A stretch of 40,876 bases of DNA from a virus (Duplodnaviria > Caudoviricetes): positions 1 to 40,876 of IMG/VR virus record IMGVR_UViG_3300043174_000025. One strand, given 5' to 3'. The notes beneath the pieces were generated by a model, which saw nothing but the letters and a program-made list of their open reading frames with translations, was not told where the DNA came from and searched no databases. This document shows, piece by piece, positions 35,704-40,876 of the stretch; the stretch's first letter is position 1, and each line of letters opens with the position of its first letter. The translations under genes and the position numbers were made by a program.

Positions 35704-35783
35704 GCGTCGTCACCATCATCCACGCCCTGCGGGCGTTCATCTTCGCCATGCTCGTCGTGGCGATCATCCACATGGTGCTGTGA
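35697..35783 (+). CDS. 28-aa hydrophobic micro-protein
   Basis: MLSVVTIIHALRAFIFAMLVVAIIHMVL*; SD GGAGA; fills the gap between lysis genes. Confidence 0.55.
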   Translation: MLSVVTIIHALRAFIFAMLVVAIIHMVL

Positions 35784-35788
35784 GAGAC

Positions 35789-36091
35789 ATGACGGCTGGG
35801 GAAAACGAACCGAGGGCGGCGATACTCGACACCAGACTGTGGTCTGCCGTCATCGGCGTCTGCATGCTGCTGGGCGGCTGGTGGCTGCAGAACCAGTACA
35901 ACACCCTCCTCGGTTTGCAGGATCAGGTGCGTGAGATGCTCATCTTCGTCGACGGCAAGTACGTCGACAAGGAGCTGCTGCAGGCGATGTCGAAGGAGAG
36001 CGAGAAACGCCTCGACCGCATCGACAACAATTTGATCGAGATCAAAAGGCAGATCGACACGCTGGCGCGCAGCTCGGCCGCTCCCCGCTGA
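35789..36091 (+). CDS. Membrane protein, TM + coiled coil (holin-like/lysis accessory)
   Basis: LWSAVIGVCMLLGGWWL then KYVDKE...LDRIDNNL. Confidence 0.7.
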   Translation: MTAGENEPRAAILDTRLWSAVIGVCMLLGGWWLQNQYNTLLGLQDQVREMLIFVDGKYVDKELLQAMSKESEKRLDRIDNNLIEIKRQIDTLARSSAAPR

Positions 36092-36445
36092 TCAGCGGCG
36101 CGCGCCGGCCGCGTTGCGGTTGACCACCGTCGCGTTCGCCCAGTTGTTCGCCTCGACCGCCTCCTGCGGCGCTACCCAGCTGCGGCGGCCGCCGCGTTCG
36201 GCGACGTCCTGCTCGCGCCAGTACATGGTCAGGCGGGTGATCAGCGTCCAGATGCCGAGCAGCTTGGCGACACCGCGCTCGTGGCGGTTGGCCATCATCA
36301 GGTCGTAGAGCTGTGCGCCGCGCATCGCCCTGCGGTTATTGAATGCCGCCTTGCAGGCGCTGCTGCAGAAGCGGGCGTCAGGGCGGCTCACATGAGCCTT
36401 CCCACCACATTCGCGGCAGGTCACAATGAACTTTCTCGGTTGCAT
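36092..36445 (-). CDS. Zinc-finger protein, possible regulator
   Basis: CRECGG...FCSSACKAAFNNRR..RGAQLYD; own RBS and candidate promoter. Confidence 0.75.
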   Translation of the reverse strand: MQPRKFIVTCRECGGKAHVSRPDARFCSSACKAAFNNRRAMRGAQLYDLMMANRHERGVAKLLGIWTLITRLTMYWREQDVAERGGRRSWVAPQEAVEANNWANATVVNRNAAGARR

Positions 36446-36470
36446 GATGGCGCTCTCCGTTGCGATCCGT

Positions 36471-36848
36471 CTAGACAGATGTAATGGGAGCGCCACCATA
36501 AATCAAGACATCGTGTCCACATTCAGTGGGTGGCCGACCCTTCCCCTCCTTCTCGGCAATCTGAGCCATGACACTCATGGCGCGCTGCCGCTGCATGCCC
36601 TCCGCCATGTTTTCGGCCACCAATTCCATAATATCGTCGACGCTGACGCTCGGCGGGACTGAGGCGCATAGCGCCCCGATGACCTGCGCCATAATGGCGA
36701 CGCCGATGCCGCCGTTGCTCTTCCCGGACAGATCGACAAGCTCATGCTTGCGGCGGTTGATGACCGCGATCACCTCATTGAAAATCGTGTCGAAGGTGTC
36801 ATAGAGCCTCTGCTCGGCAGCTGAAATTTCCTCAGGCTTCTTCTGCAT
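36471..36848 (-). CDS. Hypothetical helical protein
   Basis: MQKKPEEISAAEQRLYDTF...; coupled to upstream gene. Confidence 0.65.
   Translation of the reverse strand: MQKKPEEISAAEQRLYDTFDTIFNEVIAVINRRKHELVDLSGKSNGGIGVAIMAQVIGALCASVPPSVSVDDIMELVAENMAEGMQRQRAMSVMAQIAEKEGKGRPPTECGHDVLIYGGAPITSV
36498..36526 (-). promoter_or_regulatory. Candidate leftward promoter with operator in spacer
   Basis: CTGAAT-GTGGACACGATGTCTTG(17 nt)-ATTTAT, same layout as the 3616 and 4415 promoters. Confidence 0.6.
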
Positions 36849-36849
36849 G

Positions 36850-37470
36850 TCAATTTTCCAGCTCTTTGAGTTTGCGCTCCATGGCGGCCATCGCCAAATT
36901 GATGCTGGCAATCTGCTGCGACAGTTTGTCAAGGCTGGCGCGCAGCGCGAGCACCTCCTCGCGGCGCTTGACTGTGGCGGCATCCAGCTCCGGCCCAAAA
37001 AACTCCTCGCGGATTTCCTGCACCCAAGCCCACGGCACCCCAAGGTCTGATCCGACCAGCTTGTCGGTCCAGTTCGCCTTGTAGTAACCGCCCTTGACGT
37101 CATAGACGTCCTCGATCTTGGCGTAGATGATGCGCCGGTCCTCGCGGCTCATGACGCGCGGCGGCTCTGCCTTGCTCGGAATGCTGATGCTGGCTGTCAT
37201 GGGTTCTTTCTCCATTGTTGAAACGATCTCCAGTTTCGGCCTTTCGGGCCGCTGCGCGCATGTCGGGCAAAGGTCTTTGCGAGGTCCGTTGCCGACGTTC
37301 CACCCGTGGTTCCTAAAGTACTGCTGCACCGCCTCACGCGGCAGGTTGCGGATGCTCTTCTGAGCCATCTCCCCTATCCGGTGACAGGCGCTGCATTCGA
37401 TCTCGAAGAAGGTGGTGATTTTCCCCGCCTTGTCCTGCTTGCGCCTCAACTCAAACGATCTGCCTGTCAT
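36850..37470 (-). CDS. Zn-ribbon + helical + coiled-coil hypothetical protein
   Basis: CSAC...GW...DLCPTC; MSREDRRII...WTDKLVGSDLGVPWAWVQEIREEFFGP. Confidence 0.8.
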   Translation of the reverse strand: MTGRSFELRRKQDKAGKITTFFEIECSACHRIGEMAQKSIRNLPREAVQQYFRNHGWNVGNGPRKDLCPTCAQRPERPKLEIVSTMEKEPMTASISIPSKAEPPRVMSREDRRIIYAKIEDVYDVKGGYYKANWTDKLVGSDLGVPWAWVQEIREEFFGPELDAATVKRREEVLALRASLDKLSQQIASINLAMAAMERKLKELEN

Positions 37471-37486
37471 TTCACACCTTCGTTGG

Positions 37487-37852
37487 TTATTCGTAGATCG
37501 GCTTGCGCCGCATCACCTTCGCGGGTTTTGCCCGCACCTTCTGCACCTTCTGGAAGCCACGAGAGCGGATCAGCCCCTTCGGCTTCACCAACCCCTTGTG
37601 CTTCTTCTCCTGCCGCTTCGCCTTGGCGATCTGGGCGACGTCGCGGCTGGTCTTCGCCCCCGGCGCGCGATGGCAGCTGGCGCACAACGCCTGCCCATCG
37701 GCAGCAGTCAGGGGCCTGTCCTTCTTCCACTCCGGGACCAGCGCCTCCGGGATGATATGATCCGCCTCCAGCCCCTCGGTCGAACCGCACTTGGCGCACT
37801 CCCCCGCCCTCAGGATTTCTCTCCGTACAGACGGGGAAAATTCACGTCTCAT
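37487..37852 (-). CDS. HNH endonuclease
   Basis: CAKCG...EADHIIP...QALCASCH...KT..D...IAKAKR. Confidence 0.85.
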   Translation of the reverse strand: MRREFSPSVRREILRAGECAKCGSTEGLEADHIIPEALVPEWKKDRPLTAADGQALCASCHRAPGAKTSRDVAQIAKAKRQEKKHKGLVKPKGLIRSRGFQKVQKVRAKPAKVMRRKPIYE

Positions 37853-38235
37853 TGCTCCGTCCAATCGACACCGCGGGCCGCCCCGTAGGCGTACATTGCC
37901 TCGATCATGTCGCTCATCTCGCGCTTGCTCAAGGAGCGCGAGGAGGTGTTCAACATCAAAAATCCGTCGCCCCAGTAATTCGGGGCGACCTTCATGTCGC
38001 GGCGCACCGCGGACATCATGATGATCTTCCAGTCCTCGGTGCTGAGCTGCTGCCCGTGCCAGCGCAGCTGCTTCGACAGGTCGGTGAGCATCGCCCACAT
38101 CTTGTCGTTCTGCTCCAGCGTCCGCTGTGGCCCCTGCATGATGACGCGCCAGCCGTCCGGCAGTCTATCGATGATCTCGATGATCCTGCGCCGGGTGGAC
38201 GAGTTGACGATCCACGTCTTAGGCATCGTCGTCAC
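37849..38235 (-). CDS. ninB: NinB/Orf-family recombination protein
   Basis: RTLEQNDKMWAMLTDLSKQLRWHG..LSTEDWK...SSRSLSKREMSDMIE..YAYGA.RGVDW. Confidence 0.9.
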   Translation of the reverse strand: MTTMPKTWIVNSSTRRRIIEIIDRLPDGWRVIMQGPQRTLEQNDKMWAMLTDLSKQLRWHGQQLSTEDWKIIMMSAVRRDMKVAPNYWGDGFLMLNTSSRSLSKREMSDMIEAMYAYGAARGVDWTEQ

Positions 38236-38458
38236 CTGTCTCCTGCCCGGCAGGGCGGTCCTTCACCCACTCGGCAAAAAGCTGGTGCAGCGCTTCGCTG
38301 TACAGATTGGCGCTGATGCCCTTAATGTCCTTCAGGATGTCAGCCGCAAAAAGCGGTTCATGACTTATCCATTTCTTCAGCTGCTCCAAGCTGGCCGGAT
38401 CAATGTCCGCCTCGCCGCTGTTCAGGTTGATCCTGAACGAAATCGAAACTTTGCTCAT
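38219..38458 (-). CDS. Hypothetical protein
   Basis: SD CAACGGAG; MSKVSISFRINLNSGE... Confidence 0.65.
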   Translation of the reverse strand: MSKVSISFRINLNSGEADIDPASLEQLKKWISHEPLFAADILKDIKGISANLYSEALHQLFAEWVKDRPAGQETGDDDA

Positions 38459-38544
38459 GTCTTTTCTCCGTTGAAAAGATTGGGGCATTCGCGCCCCGGC
38501 AAGTTGCCCAACCCTTGGGGGGAAATTACGCAGGGGGCCGGGGA

Positions 38545-38955
38545 TCAAAATTTCCTGTGCAGTTCCATGTGATGCTTCCGGCAGAGCCAGCGCACTTCAA
38601 GAGGCTTGCTGTAGTCATCGCGGTGGCCCTCACCCTTGGCCCCGCACACCTCGCATGGCTGGCGTACCAGCTTGCCGTCGCGAATGGCGTTGTTGACGGC
38701 GTTCTGGGCCTTGCGCTTGTCAGGATTGTTCCTAGCCCAAGCTGCCGTTGTCGCCGCAATTGCTGCCTTCCGCTCTGACCTGCTATAACGCCGCTTCTCG
38801 TAGACCGAGAGCCTCTCCGGGTTGTTGATCCGGTTCTGCCTGACATCGGCCTTTGTGCATTCCATGCATTTCCCCAGATGGCCATCGGCCATCCGGGGGT
38901 GCTTGTAGTATTCGCTCAGCGGCTTCTCGATGCCGCACTTGAAGCAAGTCTTCAT
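38545..38955 (-). CDS. HNH-like zinc-finger protein
   Basis: MKTCFKCGIEKPLSEYY; PCEVCG..EGHRDDYSKPLEVRWLCRKHH. Confidence 0.85.
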   Translation of the reverse strand: MKTCFKCGIEKPLSEYYKHPRMADGHLGKCMECTKADVRQNRINNPERLSVYEKRRYSRSERKAAIAATTAAWARNNPDKRKAQNAVNNAIRDGKLVRQPCEVCGAKGEGHRDDYSKPLEVRWLCRKHHMELHRKF

Positions 38956-38997
38956 TCGCTACTGACCCTCCGGTGAACCAAATCACCATACGATGGG

Positions 38998-39387
38998 TCA
39001 GCCTCCATTAAAAGGGATTTCGTCATCCAGCTCATCGCCGCCAGTGTCGCGGCCGCCACGCGAGGCCTGCCGGTAGCCGCCTCCGGAGCCCCGTCCGGAG
39101 CCTCCGGCGCGTCCGCGCTGTCCACCACTGGGGCGGCCACCCCGCGCCTCTCCACGGCCTCCGCCGTCCTGCTGTCGGTCAGGATCGTAGGGTTCGCGCA
39201 GGTGGACAACTACCTCCAGCTGACCGTTATCATTGAGCTGCCCGGTCGGCAGCGCATCGAAGCGGATCATGAAGCCGTCGCTGTTGCGGTACGGGAATGC
39301 GGTTCCGATCTTGGTGAAGGTGGTCTTCTCCTCGCCGTCACGGTTCACGTAGCTGCGGATGACCACCGCGTCGTATCTGTCAGACAT
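38998..39387 (-). CDS. Single-stranded DNA-binding protein-like
   Basis: KTTFTKIGTAF..DALP OB-like core, Gly-rich linker, acidic tail DELDDEIPF; follows the annealing protein gene. Confidence 0.75.
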   Translation of the reverse strand: MSDRYDAVVIRSYVNRDGEEKTTFTKIGTAFPYRNSDGFMIRFDALPTGQLNDNGQLEVVVHLREPYDPDRQQDGGGRGEARGGRPSGGQRGRAGGSGRGSGGGYRQASRGGRDTGGDELDDEIPFNGG

Positions 39388-40108
39388 TTTCTTCTCCTTG
39401 GTTGTTGTTCATGCCACGAGCCACCTCGAAGTCGGTCATGTCCTTGTATGCCGTGTCGAGCTCCCGGCGCAGCTCCGGCCCCCAGTGGGCGGGCCAGCCC
39501 TGCACCTTGAAGCGCTCCATCAGCGAGCGCTCGACCGCCTGCAGCTCACCCATCGACTGGGCGTCGCGGATGTCCTGCACCGCCTCGCTCCACGCGTTGG
39601 GGTTATCCTTCTTCATGGCGTAGGCGGACCTGCTGCCAACCGCCTTGAAGCCGGTGTCGTTACCATCCCCGTCGACGACGTCCTTCTGCTTGAAGTCGTC
39701 AGCCTCCTCCTCGCTATAGACGAGGCCGTGGATGCCGAGCAGCTTGAGGACCACGCGGTCCTTGCTGCGCTTCTCAGCCATTGCTGCCGGGTAGCCGATC
39801 TTCGTGTTGTAGGGTGCGCTCTCTCCAGTCGCCCACTCGGTAATGACGTCGTCGCCCTTCCCCATGGTTCCAGACACGATAATGCAGACTGCCTTCTTGA
39901 CGAGGTCGCACTCCAGTACCTGCGGCGGGCTGAAGGAGATGCCCGCCCTCCCGGCCACCAGCTCTATGGCGCTGTGGTACATGATCCATGTGCGGGTAGT
40001 GCGCCCGGTGCGCCTGTCCTTACGGTCCATCGGCCACAGGGCCTCATCCGGGTCCAGATCGTATTTCTTGAGCATGTCCTCGATCAGAGGATCGATCTTT
40101 TCAACCAT
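39380..40108 (-). CDS. Putative ssDNA annealing protein (Rad52/Sak/Erf-like)
   Basis: GYPAAMAEKRSKDRVVLKLLGIHGLVYSEEEADDF; context with SSB-like, NinB, HNH. Confidence 0.65.
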   Translation of the reverse strand: MVEKIDPLIEDMLKKYDLDPDEALWPMDRKDRRTGRTTRTWIMYHSAIELVAGRAGISFSPPQVLECDLVKKAVCIIVSGTMGKGDDVITEWATGESAPYNTKIGYPAAMAEKRSKDRVVLKLLGIHGLVYSEEEADDFKQKDVVDGDGNDTGFKAVGSRSAYAMKKDNPNAWSEAVQDIRDAQSMGELQAVERSLMERFKVQGWPAHWGPELRRELDTAYKDMTDFEVARGMNNNQGEENV

Positions 40109-40143
40109 TTCATGTATCTCCGGTGGTTGCGCTTGTGCGCCAC

Positions 40144-40204
40144 AGAATATGGACGCGTCGCCCTGGATGTCAAGTTGACAATGTGGACGGCGCGTCAGTA
40201 TCTT
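40144..40204. promoter_or_regulatory. Back-to-back divergent promoters with two operators
   Basis: Palindrome TGTCAA-G-TTGACA (40168-40180) gives two -35 boxes; -10 CATATT/TATTCT leftward, TATCTT rightward; operator-like 17-mers at 40149-40165 and 40183-40199. Confidence 0.8.
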
Positions 40205-40241
40205 GTGTGGATACCACGGGAACGTGGTGGACAGTAAAGGA

Positions 40242-40445
40242 ATGCAGAAGATGAAGGCAATCGAGGACAAGTGGGCAGTGGTCCGCAAGACCGCGCTTCG
40301 GCTCGGCATCAGGCGCGGCACCGTCTACAAGTGGCACAGCCGCAAGACCATCCCTCACCACCGCCGCCTCGACCTAATTAGGCATAGCGGCGGCCGCCTT
40401 TCCATGCGAGACTTCGAGGATGCGAGTGCAGGACAGGAGGACTGA
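40242..40445 (+). CDS. Cro-like HTH repressor
   Basis: TALRLGIRRGTVYKWHSRKTIP...LIRHSGGRLS..DF; first gene of the rightward promoter. Confidence 0.78.
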   Translation: MQKMKAIEDKWAVVRKTALRLGIRRGTVYKWHSRKTIPHHRRLDLIRHSGGRLSMRDFEDASAGQED

Positions 40446-40599
40446 GCTTCTGGAGCTGGAAGCTGATCGGGGGTTTTGGATTTCGGAATACCTGAAGGCG
40501 AAAGATGCCGGCGATGAGGTGGCGCTCACCGTCGCGCAGATCATGGGCAGCATCGCCCGTGAGCGCATCAGGCGCATGAAAATAGCGGGAAACTACTGA
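40420..40599 (+). CDS. Hypothetical protein (~59 aa)
   Basis: Own translation MRVQDRRTELLELEADRGFWISEYLKAKDAGDEVALTVAQIMGSIARERIRRMKIAGNY*; GTG 40426 alternative start. Confidence 0.5.
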   Translation: MRVQDRRTELLELEADRGFWISEYLKAKDAGDEVALTVAQIMGSIARERIRRMKIAGNY

Positions 40600-40614
40600 G
40601 CGGGATCATGTACC

Positions 40615-40681
40615 TGTTGCGCCTATCCTCCTCTCAAGGCGCAGCATGGAGGGTGGCGACCGATCCGGACGATCGCCACCC
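40615..40681 (+). ncRNA. Cuckoo-like two-hairpin RNA with CCUCCUCUC loop
   Basis: TGTTGCGCCT-ATCCTCCTCTCA-AGGCGCAGCA, then GGGTGGCGA...TCGCCACCC. Confidence 0.55.
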
Positions 40682-40744
40682 ACTGTAAAAGCTCCGGAGC
40701 CCAACGGTGGTTTCCGTTCACCCTCTCACGAACGGAGACTGAAA

Positions 40745-40876
40745 ATGCAGGATACCTTCGCAGAAGACGCCAAGGCGACCGGCATGACTTACCTTCAATA
40801 CGCCCACTACCGTGCCAAGCAGGCGAGAGCCCGCTGCGGCATCCCCACCGGGAAACATCCGTTTAGACAGGTCGAC
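40745..40876 (+). CDS. 3'-truncated hypothetical protein
   Basis: SD AACGGAG; MQDTFAEDAKATGMTYLQYAHYRAKQARARCG... open to the window end. Confidence 0.6.
   Translation, partial: MQDTFAEDAKATGMTYLQYAHYRAKQARARCGIPTGKHPFRQVD

Larger units (their letters stand above)
1..40876. mobile_element. Tailed dsDNA phage genome (podovirus-like, probable alphaproteobacterial host), incomplete at both ends
   Basis: TerL, portal, scaffold, MCP, adaptor/nozzle, ejection proteins, tail fibres, endolysin/holin/spanins, NinB, SSB-like; no tape measure or tail tube; no host housekeeping genes. Confidence 0.95.

Noticed and set aside
40109-40321. N-terminal extension of ORF 39380..40321 in the track
   Set aside because: Overlaps the divergent promoters and Cro-like gene; SD and composition support a start at 40108
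1-40876. Circular or terminally redundant contig, att sites, integrase, tRNA
   Set aside because: Ends fall within unrelated ORFs with no shared sequence seen; no recombinase motifs or cloverleaf recognised by eye

Overview
GC-rich (~65% by eye) near-complete genome of a tailed dsDNA phage with podovirus-type architecture, most likely infecting an alphaproteobacterium (Rhizobiales-like promoters, boxA and DUF932). The window holds: rightward middle genes (1-836); a leftward early accessory module (944-4362); small genes; terminase, portal, putative head-fibre/decoration genes, a large polyvalent protein, scaffold and major capsid (5793-18918); adaptor, nozzle, a free-standing HNH, ejection proteins and two paralogous collar-type tail fibres (19013-33860); a lysis cassette with an extra alpha/beta-hydrolase (33862-36091); and a leftward recombination module (HNH, NinB, SSB-like, annealing protein) divergent from a Cro-like gene (36092-40876). 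No integrase, CI repressor, polymerase, primase or helicase is visible, and both ends cut through genes. The most interesting signals are non-coding: a 17-bp GTGGAC-N5-GTCCAC operator in the spacer of five promoters; candidate anti-Shine-Dalgarno small RNAs, one complementary to a CAACGGAGA ribosome-binding motif shared by several early genes; and paired conserved hairpins in the early operon. Protein-level highlights are a partial Acb2/Tad1-like sponge, an LPD23/metallopeptidase polyvalent protein and an apparently circularly permuted amidase. All family assignments come from motif recognition by eye, not database searches.
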